Position numbers and translations under genes: made by a program. From assembly GCF_009834535.1 (NCBI RefSeq), contig NC_045717.1:26164001-26228000 (forward strand): 64,000 bases of DNA, given 5' to 3'. The DNA comes from Camelus ferus (taxonomy: Eukaryota). The notes under the pieces are model-generated. The model searched no databases. It was not told the origin of the DNA and saw only the letters and a program-made list of their open reading frames with translations. This document shows, piece by piece, positions 46,842 to 60,300 of the stretch (positions are counted from its first letter, which is position 1; each line of letters begins with the position of its first letter).

Positions 46842-49800
46842 GTGAGCCTCGGGGCCGCCACGCGGACATGACCTGAGGGTGGAGGGTGGGGCCTGGGAGG
46901 CTCCTGGCCCTGGGTGTGCTCTGTCCTCAGAGCTCCTGTTCCAGCTGGTGGTGGCCCCCAGAGGCCCCCCCAGAAAGCCTGTCTGGTGGTGTGTGTGCAC
47001 CAGGATTCTTCTTGCTGAAGGAAGGGGCAGCAGATGAGATCTGCCCATGAGGCCAGGTGCCCTTCCACAAGCAGCACCCTGAGGCTTGGGGAGGTGGCTC
47101 TGAGTGCCACATCAGCCCACCTGCTTGATGAGGAGCTGCCTGCTTCTGGGTCTCTGTGTTGACCTGCCCAGGGATGGTCTCCTGGGCCCTTGGTGCCCGG
47201 TGAGGCCTTGGCACCTGCTTTGGGGCAGGGGCACCTGAGGCCTGGCTGGCGGCTTGTGCCAAGTCTGATTCCTTGAGTTCCAAGGTGGGGCAGAGGGGGG
47301 CCTTCCTGATGCTTCTATCTTCAGACCAGGCTGGGTTCTGACTGCAGATCTGAGTCCAAAGGGCAAACTTCTACCTTCCGTCTGCACCGGGCTGGGCGGG
47401 GCCCGTGGTGCTGGAGGAAGAAGACTCTGGGAGGCCATCAGCTTGGATCCAGCCTGGTCTCCTGCTCTTGGCATGACCAACTCGCAGGGCTGCCACGGGA
47501 CACAAGGCAGAAGTAAGGGCTGTGGTCATTCCCTGTCTAGGAAGAGCTGCACCACTTTGAACAGGGATCGGCTTCATTCACTTGTCAGGGCTGGAGTAGG
47601 GGCCTGCTGTCAAGAGTGTGGGGCAGCCCTGCCGACAGAGAAGGCGCTGTCTCATTCTCTAGGAAGGTTCTGAGCAGTGGGCAATGTGCCTAACCATCCC
47701 TAGGGGCTGCCGGAGTACCTCCAAAGGAATGTTCCAGAGGAGAGGCGGCTGCTGCCCACGGGGATACGTGTGATGGTCACTGTAGCTTGCCAAGTTCACG
47801 CGGAGGGGCCCACCTGTGCCAAGAATGTGACCAGTGGTCCCAGTGGCCCCCTTTCATGAGGGGAAGCCTGACACTCCACTGGCCATCCCCTGTCTGAGGC
47901 CCACTGGGAGGAGTTGGGCCGCTGTTTGGCACAGGCAGCCTGTCCCCTCATCAGGACTCCTGGGTGCTGGGCATGAAGAGCCCCTCCCTTGCCCTCTGAC
48001 CTGTGCTTCTCCACCCCTGCCCAAGGTACACGGTGCTCTTCTCGCACGGCAACGCGGTGGACCTGGGCCAGATGAGCAGCTTCTACATCGGCCTGGGCAC
48101 GCGCATCAACTGCAACATTTTCTCCTACGACTACTCGGGCTACGGCGTGAGCTCGGGCAAGCCCTCCGAGAAGAACCTCTACGCCGACATCGACGCTGCC
48201 TGGCAGGCCCTGCGCACCCGGTGAGCTCTGTGCTGGGGCTGGGGGAGATGAGCGTTGCCTCACAGGTGATCCACCCAGGTGGAACCTCCCACCTGGGGGA
48301 GGGAGGGAGCCCAGGCGGGTGGGCCTGCAGGAGAGGGAGCCTGTCTGCAGCCACCCTGGGCCACAGGGCAAGGCCTGGCCTATGTTCTCTCTGCGTGGTG
48401 ATGGGCGGGCAGGCCTCAAGCCTTGCCTGGGCAGGGGAAGGGACAGGGCCTGACACTGTCCCCATTGGAGGCTCCACCTGAAGGGAGAATGAAGGGAGAA
48501 GGGTGGACAGAGGACGTGGGCCCCTCCCAGCCCAGGAGGGGGTGTGTGAGGCCTGTGTGAAAGGACTCAGGGGACCCCCGAGGATGTGGGAGCACTTGGT
48601 AGGGTGGGTGGGGCAGGGCCTCTGCATCAGGTGCTGGCCTCATCCTGAGGGCAGGGCTCCTCTGGGCCTAGAAGGTTCTCTTAGGCAGCTTGGTACCCAG
48701 CACAGCCCTAGGTGGCTGGTAGGTCAGCGAGCAGAGGCTGGGTCCTCCCCAGGCACGGTGTCCAGCACACACCTGCAGGCCTTACTCAGTGCCATCGTGA
48801 TCTGGTCTGCACCTTCCCTGGACCCCACTGCCCTGATCATCCAGACCCTGGCAGCCCCCTTCCACCCTCGTGCTCGCTCACCGAGCACAGCGGCCCCACC
48901 TGAACCAGTGCGTGCGGTGTGGCCCCATGCCCCATGCTGCTTAGAGGGACACCCACCCAGCCCCTGCCCTCCTGGAGGCTGCACCCTCCGCCTGCTCAGG
49001 GCTGGCTGCCCCATCTCCACCCTGCCCGGCCAGCTGACGCGACCAGCTCCTGCTGGGACCAAAGCCAACCTGCCCTGGGGAGGCGGGGGCCCTGGTTGCC
49101 ATAGTGATGCCCCAGCAGTCCCTGATGCAAGGCCCTGTGAGCAGGGTTCCCTGACACCACCCTGGCACTGGGGACCCATGGTTGGTGGCACAGTGCAGGT
49201 ATGTGTCCACCCTTGGCTGCCTCAGCCTGTCCCCACTGGCTGGGGGGTCACTGCAGAATCACACCTCATGAGGGACTGAGAGTTCGGAGCTCTGTCATCC
49301 ATCTGTCTGTCCTGCTGCCAGCCTTGACCTCCAGGGACCTGGTTCCTCAGCCCCAATAGCTGAGAAACATCAGGAGGGCGGGAGGCTTGGGTCCAGGTTG
49401 TGACCAGGGCTGGGGAGGCCTGGAAGAAGAGCTGCACCATCTGGCACCTGTTGCGTTTGTCCTGGTGGAGACAGCCAGGTGGCAGCTGGGGGTCCCTGCC
49501 TGGAGCTGGGTGATAGGACTGGGCTGGGACTCGGCATAGCAATGCTCACAGCGAACCAGGGAGCCGGCCGGGGAGGAGCGGCCAGAGTAGTAGGCATGAG
49601 GCCAGATGGCTCCCTGAGGCCTGGGGGTGTGTCTGGGGGTTGGGGCCAGAGGACCGGGACTGTGCACATGGCCCCTGGGTGGACAGGGAGATGGAGTCTG
49701 GCTGCCTAGGTGAGATACAGACCTTCCCTGGCTACTGGGAGGAGAGCCTCCTTTGGGATCAGGGTCATGGGTATGTGGAAGGAAGGCCACAGAGGCCTCC

Positions 49801-50999
49801 TGCACTGGAGGGTGGTGAGTGGTCCCTGTGTGGTCAGGAAGGGGCACGTGGTGTGGAGCTGAATCAGCCCTGCTGGTGTGGGGCTAGGAGAGCTTGGGGT
49901 GGCGAGTGGGGCCCAGGACCTTGCCGCTAAGTAGGGAGGGAGCCCAGAGAAGGAGGTGGCGGCTACCCATTTTCCCTCGGGAGCCACTGTTCCTGCTCAC
50001 CTGTGTTGTACTAACACCTCATTGGGTATAAGGGACACTGAGGGGTCACAAACTGGCTGAGACATCAGAGGACACAGCTGCCTCCAATCCCTAGGGCTTG
50101 CCAAGGGGGTAGATGAGGGTCGGGTGAGGGCTGCTGGGGGGAAGACGCGCCCCCTTCCAGTGCAACCACAAAGGGCCGTCCAATTCAGAACAGCAGGGAC
50201 AGGAAGGCCCCAAGCAGGTGGCCTTGGTCAAGTGTGTGTAGGGGTTGGGGGTAGCTGGATGACCAAGAGGAGCGGGTGGGGCCCTTACAGGTGCACTGCC
50301 CAGGTGCGACCAAGTAGATACTGTCCAAGAAACGGCAGAGTGGGGCCGCTGTTGGCCAGCTCCCCTCACGCCTGTCTGGGTCCTACCTCCCGTATTAGTC
50401 CTACCGCTTCGGTGTTGGGGGACTGCCCCAGGAGGGCGGGCAGTGGGAGGGGTGTGCGCGCTGCGTCGCGGCTGATCCTGCCCCCTCGCTGCCAGGTACG
50501 GCATCAGCCCGGACAGCATCGTCCTGTACGGGCAGAGCATTGGCACGGTGCCCACCGTGGACCTGGCTTCACGCTATGAGTGCGCCGCTGTGGNNNNNNN
50601 NNNNNNNNNNNNNNNNNNNNNNNNNNNNNNNNNNNNNNNNNNNNNNNNNNNNNNNNNNNNNNNNNNNNNNNNNNNNNNNNNNNNNNNNNNNNNNNNNNNN
50701 NNNNNNNNNNNNNNNNNNNNNNNNNNNNNNNNNNNNNNNNNNNCGCGGAGTCCTAATATGCCCCGCCTCGCAGCATCGAGAAGGTGTCCAAGATCACGTC
50801 GCCGGTGCTCATCATCCACGGCACGGAGGACGAGGTGATTGACTTCTCGCACGGGCTGGCGCTGTATGAGCGCTGCCCCANNNNNNNNNNNNNNNNNNNN
50901 NNNNNNNNNNNNNNNNNNNNNNNNNNNNNNNNNNNNNNNNNNNNNNNNNNNNNNNNNNNNNNNNNNNNNNNNNNNNNNNNNNNNNNNNNNNNNNNNNNN
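46509..50999 (+). CDS. ABHD17A: Alpha/beta-hydrolase domain protein 17A (protein depalmitoylase); apparent +1 frameshift in exon 2 and two N-gaps
   Basis: Exons 46509-46841 ([28 protein letters not shown]..), 48026-48220 ([23 protein letters not shown]..), 50496-gap (YGQSIG nucleophile motif), 50774-gap ([27 protein letters not shown]). The stop lies in the second gap; the end coordinate is estimated from the orthologue length. Confidence 0.92.
48026..48220 (+). CDS. ABHD17A: ABHD17A exon 3 (195 nt)
   Basis: AAG|GTACACG acceptor, CCG|GTGAGC donor; HGNAVDLG and YDYSGYG motifs. Confidence 0.95.
50496..50675 (+). CDS. ABHD17A: ABHD17A exon 4 (visible to 50593; gap 50594-50743)
   Basis: [32 protein letters not shown]; 3' end inferred. 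Confidence 0.85.
50774..50999 (+). CDS. ABHD17A: ABHD17A last coding exon (visible to 50880; gap 50881-51012)
   Basis: CCTCGCAG|CATCGAGAAG acceptor; HGTEDEV carries the catalytic Asp; the catalytic His and stop are hidden in the gap. Confidence 0.85.
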
Positions 51000-51226
51000 N
51001 NNNNNNNNNNNNCAGCCGCGCCGGGACCTCAGCAATAAGGCGGCGCCCGGACCCTGCCCCGGTCCCGGGGGCTGCATGTGAACCCCTGGGTGCCCCACGC
51101 CCTCGAGGCAGCCGGCAGGTAGGGGTCGGGACCTACCCCAGCCCAGGGGACGTGGACAATGTACAGGCGACGGAGCTATGCTCTCATTTCCTTTTGGAAG
51201 CAAAACAAGGAAGAACGTGAAAACAA

Positions 51227-51232
51227 ATTAAA
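51227..51232 (+). terminator. Poly(A) signal ATTAAA of ABHD17A
   Basis: ATTAAA in an A/T-rich block after the 3' UTR, followed by T-rich sequence. Confidence 0.65.
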
Positions 51233-51949
51233 GATTTAAAATTTTAAGTTTCCTCTCCTTTTCACGGCGCGTGCTTTCCCTGGGGCTCAGCCAGCCCGAA
51301 GAGCAGCCCGGGCTTTGTCCCCAACCCCTCAGCAAAGTTCATCACAATTGTAGATGTCAGCTCACCCTCTACAGAAGATGGGTGGGGTTCGGGTCCTTGG
51401 GGCTGCCGATTGTCTGGGTGGTGATGGAGGGGCGACAGCTTTCGAATCCAGGACCCTGCCTGCTCATAGGGCTTGCCTGGGGAGGATGGCGGGCTCCCTG
51501 TTTTCAAGACGACCCTGGGGATGGGAGTGGCCGCAGCAGGTCTAGGCTGGGCCTGCTCTGGGGCCCCAGTGAGGCATTCTTCCCTACCCATGTAGTAGAC
51601 GGGGACGCTGTGTAGTCTTAGGGCTGCCCTTCCCGTCGTTGACCCCCCTGCACAGAAAGTCAAGAGGGTCTTTTGCAGCGAGGGTGCTTGGGTCCAGGGG
51701 AGGGCAGTGGCAGGTACGAGGCCCTGTGGGGTCTCCCCAGGAATGGGGACCCACCCTGGGGCTGGGGTCATAAGGATCCCTCCTGCAAGACGCCACGGGG
51801 CCTTCGTCTGAGCTGTGTTCAACTCCCGGGGTGCCCTTGAAGGCAGGGGTGGCATGGGTCTCCCCAGACACTTGGCGGACGCCAGGTCCCTAGAATACCC
51901 TCTGCGACCTACAAGGGCAGTGCTTTAGAGTGCGGAAGGCCTCAGAGAC

Positions 51950-52620
51950 GGTGACCTGTCATCCATTTGGAGGTCGGGCGGCGGCTTGACGTGTGTGGCG
52001 GCACTAGGCAGTGGCGAGGCCAGGACCCAGAGCTGCTTTCGCCTTGGCCCCTCTGGGTCCGCGGCCCCTTTAAGAGGGGGAGGTGCTTCGGCCTGGGGGC
52101 GGGGACGACGCCTAGGGGCGCAGCGGGGGCGGAAGCGGGAGCGGAAGTGGAGGGGCGCGCGCACGGCAGCCGTGGCGGGCGGCGAAGCGCGAGGAGGCCG
52201 GGGCCTCGGCGGTAAGTGGCGGCGGCTCGGACCCGGGCCGGCCGACCCTGCCCTTGCCGCCGCCCGGCCGTGGGGCGCGCAGAGCGGACAGCCGACGCGG
52301 CGTGGGTCCTTGTCAGCGTTGAGGCCGAGTCGGGCGAGGCCGGGGTCTCTCGGCGTCCGCGCGGCGGCTTTGCGCGCCGGTACCTGGCCCCGCGGTGCTC
52401 TTTGTCGCTGGGAGCTGGGACTTGGGACTGAGGCGCTCGAAGAGCTTAAAGCGGCCCCCGGGCACGTCAGGACGGCCTGCCAGAATCCCGGGCTCTCTGG
52501 GCGGACCCGGCCTGGGCCCCCGAGTCCCGACCTGCCGACTCTAACACAGGACGGTGCCCGGCCTAGTGGTGGGCGGGAAGCTGCCGTGCCTTTGTTCCTC
52601 CCGAGTTCCACGGGCCTCCT
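51950..52620 (+). promoter_or_regulatory. Unassigned CpG-island promoter with a candidate first exon (about 52140-52211)
   Basis: Tandem ETS motifs GCGGAAGC/GCGGAAGTG at 52129-52149, GC boxes, consensus donor GCG|GTAAGT at 52211/52212. Confidence 0.7.
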
Positions 52621-53049
52621 TGCTGGGAGTCTCGTGTCGTGTTCGATAGTACGGGACGTCTGGGAATAAAACTGAACGTGTGTGTGCGCTCACGGGAGCA
52701 GAGAGCATCAGGGCCCCCTCTCTCGTCTGCCCCTTTCCCCACCGGGCCTCTGCACAGGCTGATCTCTGTGACCGGCGTGCCCTCACCACCTCCCGGTCTT
52801 GTCCCTGTCTTTGCCGATGCCCCTCAGCATGGCTAACGTTTCTCGACATTCTGAGTCATCTCAGTCTCTTGCTGCAGTAGTTTCTCCCCGAAGACCCCCT
52901 CCCCGCCCGCCCTGACCCCCTACTCTGTGCTCCCACTGACCCCAGGTGCTGACGTCATAGAGCCTACTGTCTTCACCTCATCAGAACGTAAATTCCCTGA
53001 GAGCTGGGCTCAGCAGTGCAGCAAGTTCAAAGCCACCGGCTTACAAGTG

Positions 53050-54340
53050 GACAAAAATATTTTCCCACACACAGAGTAAAAAATTCAGAGTATAAGAGAG
53101 TATGGGGTGAATACACAGTGTCTTCCCACCCCTGACCTCCATGGCCTGGTTCCCGTCCCCTAGGGCAGAGAGAAAGCAGTGTCTTCGGTTTCAACAGAGA
53201 AAGTGTGCATGTGCATCTAATGAGTTTACACTGAAGTGTGATCCTCTTACTAAACATGGCTTGGAAACTTAATGTTCCCACGCCTAGATTGGATTCAGTC
53301 CTCCTTGTGGCTGCCCCATTTTTTATTAGCACTATAATTTATTCGTCCTGTTTTTTGTTGGTTGAAATGTAATTTTTTTTCCAGTCTTCTGTAACAGACA
53401 ATGCTAGGGTCAGGATCCTTGTACAAATGTCTTTCTGCCCAAGTAGGAGGATCTCTGTGGGTTGAATTCCTTAGTGCAGAAGGGCGAAGTCAAAGGGCCT
53501 TCCATAGATCCCTGAGTGGGTATGTGATCTGTTAAAATAGTATTTCATTGTGGTTTGATTTGTGTTTCCCAGGAGTGTAATTAAACACCTCAGTGCTTCT
53601 GTCAGATTTATTATGTTGGTCATTTCTATCACTAATATCATTTTGAAACCAGAAAAATTTGTTTATTACAAATATGTGTATATTTAAAAGCCATCTGTAT
53701 AGCACATTCTTGGTCCATTATTCTAGCTGGATTGTGGCTGTTACTGTTTCTGAGGAGCTCTTTCCATGTTCAGAAAGTTAAGCCTATTGTCTGTTAGGAA
53801 AAAAAGTACTTTTTTCCGATCAGTCATTTGTGTTTGATTTGGATTGTAGTTTTTGTTTGTTGATTTTATTTATTTATTTATTTATTTCCAGCATTTAAAA
53901 TTGTCATCATTTTATCATTTATGGCTTCTACATTTTGTATCATGCTCAGACTTGTGTTCCCTACTCCAAGATGATAAAAAGTGTTTTCTTTCAAAAATGT
54001 AATGGTTTCTTTTTCAAATAGGTACTTAAATGTTGGGTCTAATTCTAGAGAGGACTTCTGGGAAGGGGTGAGGTAGGAACCCAAACTGCTTTTTTCCACG
54101 TCATTTGCCCCAACTCTATCTCCCGAAAAAGCCTTTCTTTCCCCCACTGAAATGCCACCTTTATCCCTCACTGAGCCCCTTGTGCCTGTGGGTCTGTTTC
54201 TAGACTCTGCCATCTGAGTTAGTGGGAACCTGGCTGTTTTCTTTACTGACTGTCCAGAGGCCCGTCTCCCCTCATCTGAGTCAAGAAAAAATTGCCCTAA
54301 TAAATATTCGATGACTTGAACGTATTCCATGGAAGGGTAG
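53050..54340 (-). mobile_element. Degenerate ancient L1 (L1ME/MC-type) antisense fragments
   Basis: AT/T-rich tract with L1 ORF2/3' UTR-like phrases (TTTTCCCACACACAG.., CATTTATGGCTTC, GCCACCTTTATC). A further piece lies at about 56350-56850. Confidence 0.5.
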
Positions 54341-57300
54341 TTCCACAGGGCACTCTGGTGGAAGAAAACTTGTCTTTGCCTGCCCCCTTGGATCTTCACA
54401 GGGCCCGGCGCTGACCTCTGTTGAGGCGTGGCTTTTGTCAGGCTGACACCCTAGGAGCCCCACACCCCTGCTTTTCTCCTACGCCTGCCCATTGCACGTG
54501 AAGGGTAAACTAAGGCAGGCTCTGTGGATCAGGCGCTTGTCAGGCCAACCTGGCCCGCAGCTCTGCCCTTCTGTGGGGACGCCCCTCTCCTATGTGGGCT
54601 GCCTTGGAGGGGCTCACCTGCAGCCTCTGGGGAACCACACCAGGGCAGTGATTGGGGGGAAGATCTTGGTACCTTCCAGTATGTGCCCCCCTTCCCTTCC
54701 ACTTGGTATGGCCCATGGGCCAGGCCGCCTGGGACAGAGGCCAACTTTCGGTTCTCCATTTTGTGAATTTTCCAGGACACATGTGTGTTCACACCCAGCA
54801 GCATTCTGCTGTTCAGCAGATGCCCAGGCATGTGCTCCCCGGGCACGGGCCCCCTCAGCTCACCGGCACCTTGGGTCCTCCCCTGGGCACCTTACCAGCA
54901 AAGCTCAGGTGTGGGCCCTGGGTCCCAGAAGTAGATTCCTGGTTTCTCTCCCATGGCTTAGGCACATTGCCCTGACACCAGAGACCCCAGGGGACGCAGC
55001 TTGCCCAGGGTGTGTGGCTGCGGCAGGGGCAGTGGGCTTCAGCTGGTTGGGTCCCTCCCTGAGGGTGGGTCTGGGGCGCACACATGTCCTTCACCCCGGA
55101 GCTTCTTTCCTGGGGCTCGATACCGTGGAGCCCGGACTGGACTTCCTGTGGGCCCAGAACCCGAGGGCCGGTCTAGCCTTTCTCCCCTCCTTCCCCCCAG
55201 GCACCCTGCTTCACTGATCACCCGTTCAGCTGAGCTGGTGGAACCCACCCCTCTGGTTCTGGCATATGAACTGGCGGCCCCCAGAGATTCCAGGAGAGGA
55301 TGGGGGAGTTCAGTCTCCTCCCCTGCCCATGGTGGCCCTGGCTGTGAGGAGCAATGGCCCTGCGGGGCCCAGATCTGAGATGGGCCCTAGGGACGGGGTA
55401 CCACCCTTCAGTGTCCTGGGCACCCCATTTAAGGTGTGGGCACTCCCTCGGGGCAGACACCTGTCTGGTTCACAATCAGAGTACAGGGCCGACCTGTTAG
55501 CTGTGGGACCCCATCACGTGGGGGTGCCAGCCCAACATCAGAGTCCCCCTTCCTTACGTTTCGAAGCTTCTGCCATGTGCCAAGTTGGTCTCTGGGACAG
55601 TGACAATTCTGGGCTGCTGGAGTCGCCGTCCCCACTGTCCCTGCTCACAGGGGAGATGGCTCAGGCCAAGCTGCCCTCGGAGAAGGTGCCCTGGCACCCT
55701 GGCTGGGCTGAGGCCCTGGCTTCCCAGGGCTCAAACCCTCTTGGGACACAGGCATGCCCCTGCCAGACAGTGGACCCCAGGACCAGGCTCAGGGGGGTGG
55801 GGTGGGATGCAGGTCAGGGCTACATGTGTGTCCAGAGCACACGCGCAGGTGAGATGGAAACCTGCCTGGCCGTGGTCACAGCAGAGCTCTGGGGCTCTCT
55901 GAAGCTTGCGGAGCCTAGCAGAGCGCCCTGACCCTCGTGACAGGAGAGGGTCTTGAAGGGGGCTGGTCAGGGGAGGCTAGGCCCCTGGGTGGCCCTGGTG
56001 AGCATGGCAGGTCAGACCCCCACTGTGGCTGTCTGTCTGAACAGTGACTCTGAGCCACTGCTTTCCAGGTGATCCTGGCCAGCCAAGGAGTCAAGGTAAT
56101 TCACCTGGACGGGGCCGGATCCTGCCCCTGCCCCACCACCTCCTGGAGAAGGGGTGGCAGCTCTGGGTTCTCCCCAGCAGCTTGGAGGGGGCCCTGGTGC
56201 TTTCTGTGGGGGCCAGCTGCCCACCAACTGGCTAGGCCTGGGGCCGGCTGCACCCACTGTGTGTAACGGACCGCCCGGACCACGGGGAGTCATCTAACCC
56301 GCCTCAGGAATAAACACGGATGGGTTACAGATCATGTAAAATGTGCACAGATTGTTTTGATTAGAAAATTTTATTTTGGTTATTATTTGTGCACCATTTT
56401 TAAAAAATGCTCTATCATCAAAGTAGAAGATCCTGCTGGAGCAGCAGCTCCACGAGGGGTGGGGGGCTAACGGACTGCAGACACAGGCAGAAACTCGGGG
56501 AAACTTTGCAGCGGGAACGTGCGTACCTCCCCGTGGGCTGCAGCTGCCTCTGCCCCGGCCGCGTCCTGGGCCTTCCAGGGCACGAGCTCAGGGATGAGCC
56601 TGTACTCGTGCAGGTCCATCCATCTCAGCGGTGCAGCCACACACAGACACACCTGCTTCCTCACGAACACTTTCTGGGTACCTCTTCAGGAGCAGAATTG
56701 CTGGGTCAAAGTGGTGAATGTCCGGGTGGTGGCTAGGATGTGAGCTGCTAGGATCTCAATGCGGTGCTGATTACTATATGATGTCCACCTCCGCTCTTCA
56801 CGTTTGTTTTCAAGTGCTCACCTTGCACCAACATGGGGTTTACACCTCTACCCTTTGCCCCAGTGACCCTCAGGGGAGTGCCTTGTCACAACCAAGACCC
56901 AGCTTGCATACCTGCCCATTCACAAGCTACAGACTTGGTTCCCGGCTCAGCAGAAACGTCCTTTTCTGCCCCAGGATCCACACCAGGAGCCCGCACGGCG
57001 TTCAGCCATCACGCCTCCTTAGCCTCTTAAGTTCCGTGACGCTGCTCCCTGCCCTCCCCTTGTTCTCCACGGCCTTGGCAGCTTGGTAGGGTGTGTTTTG
57101 GGGAGGGAGTATTTTGTAAACTGTCCCCTAATCTGGGCTCGTCTGAGGCTTTCTCATGATCAGACCAGGGTTGCAGGTTTGAGAGCACACTGAGGTGAGG
57201 TGGTCGCATTCCACTGGGGGCGCTGACACCCTGAGGACATCACCCTGAGGTTGACCTTGACTACCTGGCTAAGGTGGGGTCCCCAGGGTTCCCTACAGGC

Positions 57301-60300
57301 AGGTTGCTGTCCTCAGCCCAGCCCACACTAGGTGGAGATTTATTTAGAAAATAAATTTTCATACAGAAAAGTAATGAAAGGGCCCACGGCCCATAATTGC
57401 ACTACCTAAATAGGTGTTAACATTTAAAGAAAATAAAAGTCATAAATACGTGTGGATTTTAAAAAGGTTGAGCTATACAGAAAGCCCTATGAAAACTACT
57501 AAAGAGTGAAAGCTTCACTATCTTAAAAAAGGAAAGCTTTGGCCATCCCAGCATGTCTGCACATAGTTCCACACATGCACACCAGCCTCGGTGCTGACTG
57601 TGGCCTGACCAGGCCCCCAGGGCGCCCGTGCTGTGGGCACACCCCACTTCATGTCGCCCTCTTCTCACCTGCACCCCGGGAGACTGGCCATATGCTCTCG
57701 CCCTGAGCCCACGTCCCTCCCACACCTCTGTCTGTCCCTCCCCAGCTTGGCTCCGTGGGCCCTGTGACCTAGCAAGAGTCTCCCTGAACCCCTCGGTGCT
57801 GGAAGGGAAGGGTGGAGATGGGCCCCCACTTACAGGTGAGGAAACTGGGCTCTGGAGACAAGGGACTGACCACCATGGGGGGACCCAGCTGGGACAGCTC
57901 AGGCCCCCAGACCCTCTGCTGTCTTGCAGCTGTGCACACGGGCCGCTTCTGGGTCCTCTCCCAGCATTGATTTCCTCATCTAGGAAACGGGAGTGACAAC
58001 TGAAGGGCTGTGATGAGGACAGGGTGGCAAGACACAAGGCAGAGGTGAGCAGGGGGTCACCCAGGCACCTCTGGGGCTAAGGTGTGAACAGAAACACCGT
58101 GGGTGGGGTGTGGGCCCCCGACATGGGGTCTCCTGCCTGCAGGTTGGCCAGCATGACCCCTAGATAGAAGCACAGATCCAAGGCCCTGATGGTCTCTGGG
58201 AGGGGGCACACCTGAGGCTCTAAGGGAGTGTTTTGTCTGGGGTCATGAGGCTTGTCCGGCACAGCCAAAACAGTGTCCTGACCTCTACTTTGCCACGGCT
58301 CCGCCTCTCCTCAATTATCACCCCATCTCCCTGCGGCTGCCCCCTTGAACTTCAGGCCCCAGGTGAAGCCACCTGTAGGATGCAGCCCCCACTTCCTCCA
58401 CTTGCCAGGCCTGTGCTCACCCTCCTGTGCCACTCTGACTCCCAGCTGCCTTGCCCTAGCCTGTGAGCCCCTGCAGGTCAGGGCCACTGCCAGGATCTTG
58501 CTCTGGGCCCAGTAACATCAGTGGAAGGACTGTACAAAGGGTCCTGCCCTCTCTCTTGCCCTGCTTCTTCCTCATGTGTTGGAGGTGAGCTGGGGGTCTG
58601 TGGGGGGGCTGCCTGCAAAGCACTTCCTGCCTTGTCCAGACTTGGGAGAGGCCAGGCACAGGGGCAAGCCCTGTGGGTGGAGATTCTGAGGCCCTTGTGA
58701 GCTGCTGAGATGGTGGAGGTTGGGGCCCTGTCCGGGTGGTCCAACCTCCCAGATCTACTTTCAAAGGCACTAGGGGCCTGGGGCGGCAGGTATGCTGACC
58801 ACCAGTGCCCACCTTAATAGTGGTTGTCCCAGGTGGGCTCATCTATTAAGGGTCGGCGCTGCATTTCATCTCCGCAGCTTGAAGTCAGTACTCAAGCTCC
58901 CCTCTCCCTCACTCTGTCCAGCCACGTGGAAGGGAGGGACCCCAGATGGGGCTGGCACAAGCGAGAACCAAGGATGGTCAGGCCTAGACCAAGGGGACCC
59001 ATGGGATAGTGGCAGTGGCCAGCTTGGGGACAGAGGAGCCGAACCAGGTCATATCAGCGGAGGCGTGGCAAGTGGGGAGGGTGAGTATAGAGTCCCGCAA
59101 TGGGGTCTGGGCTAGAGTCACGGTCGCTGTCTACACCTAGCCCAGGGCAGGTCACTGAGCAGCCTGGAACCCGTGCAGAAAGCCCCCTGGAGGCCGCTCC
59201 GGCCACTGCAGGGCCCGGTGGCCCGCCTAGGAAGGGGCGGGGGCGTGGTCGCAATGGAGGAGCCACCCCATCGCCCCACATCCGCGCGCCCGCCACCTCA
59301 GGCCTGCGAGTTGGGCAGACCCCGCGCATCTGCGTCCCCGGCGTCATCGACATTAAACAACGTGGCCTGGACGTCCTCGGGGGCTTGGCAAGGCCCCACT
59401 TTCCCCCTTCGGGCCCCAAAGATCCCTAGTCGGCGCTGAGCATTGGTGTCCCCGACTCCCGGGTCCTGGAAGGACCGGGATACTCTGCCTCGCCAAAGCA
59501 CCCCGAGCACGCGCTTTGTGACCCAAGTCCTCCTCACCTAGGGACTCCCGAGTGGGACGCAGAAAGAGGAACGAGCGCAGGCTCGTTCGACTCCGCCAGA
59601 GGGTTAGGCTCCCTGTGTCTCCGGGAGAGCGAAGGGGATCCTTACAAAAAGGAATGCAGGGGCGTGCGGTCAAGCAAGGCCCCAGGCTCGGGAAGAGGAG
59701 AGGGGGAAGGGTCGCGCACGTGGCCGGGGGGCGGGGCTGGCCACTTCCGCACCCCCACCGGGCCACGTGGGGAGCGGAGCCCTCCCCCACCGAGAACTGG
59801 GGCGCGCCCGGGCCAGGGTGGAAGCGTCCGGGGAAGGGGCGGGCTCCCGCCGGCCGCGCGCCCTAGCGTGGGGTGGGCGAGCCCGCGAGGAGGCGGGACG
59901 CGCGCCGAACAGGGAGGGGCGCGCCAGGGGGCGGAGACGTCCAAGGAGGGAGGGGCGTGTCGGGATGGGGCGGGGCGAGCTCCGGGGGCGGGGCGCTACC
60001 GGGGCGGGGCGGGGCTTCATGGCGTGAAGAGAGGGTGCTGCAAGAAAGGGACCGGGAGCCAAGTTGCAGGGGGAGGGGCGCGCCAGTGAGGTGGGCTCTC
60101 CGGCCTGGCACCCCGCAAAGAGGCGCGCTCCGGGAAGGAGGCGGGGGCGTGCTCTGGGACCAGAGTGGGCGCGCCAGGCGGGGCGGCTCCTTGGGAAAGG
60201 GATAGGGAACCCGGCAGGGCGCGGCGGGAGGGCAGGGGTTGGTGGAGGGCGCGCGGCGGGGGGCGTGGCCGCGCGCCCGAGGGGGAGTCTCCGGGGGGGC

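Noticed and set aside
50018-50040. ATTGG followed by TATAAG in ABHD17A intron 3 as an internal promoter
   Set aside because: Spacing is too short for a CCAAT-TATA promoter, there is no CpG enrichment, and such short motifs occur by chance.
37717-51203. ORFs that run through N-gaps
   Set aside because: Artefacts of translating N as X; only the ABHD17A exon pieces are real.
53878-54399. 173-aa minus-strand ORF in the AT-rich block
   Set aside because: Lies in degenerate L1 sequence; chance open frame or L1 remnant.
57211-57227. CTCF-like CCACTGGGGGCGCTG
   Set aside because: One base short of the core spacing; cannot be supported without ChIP data.
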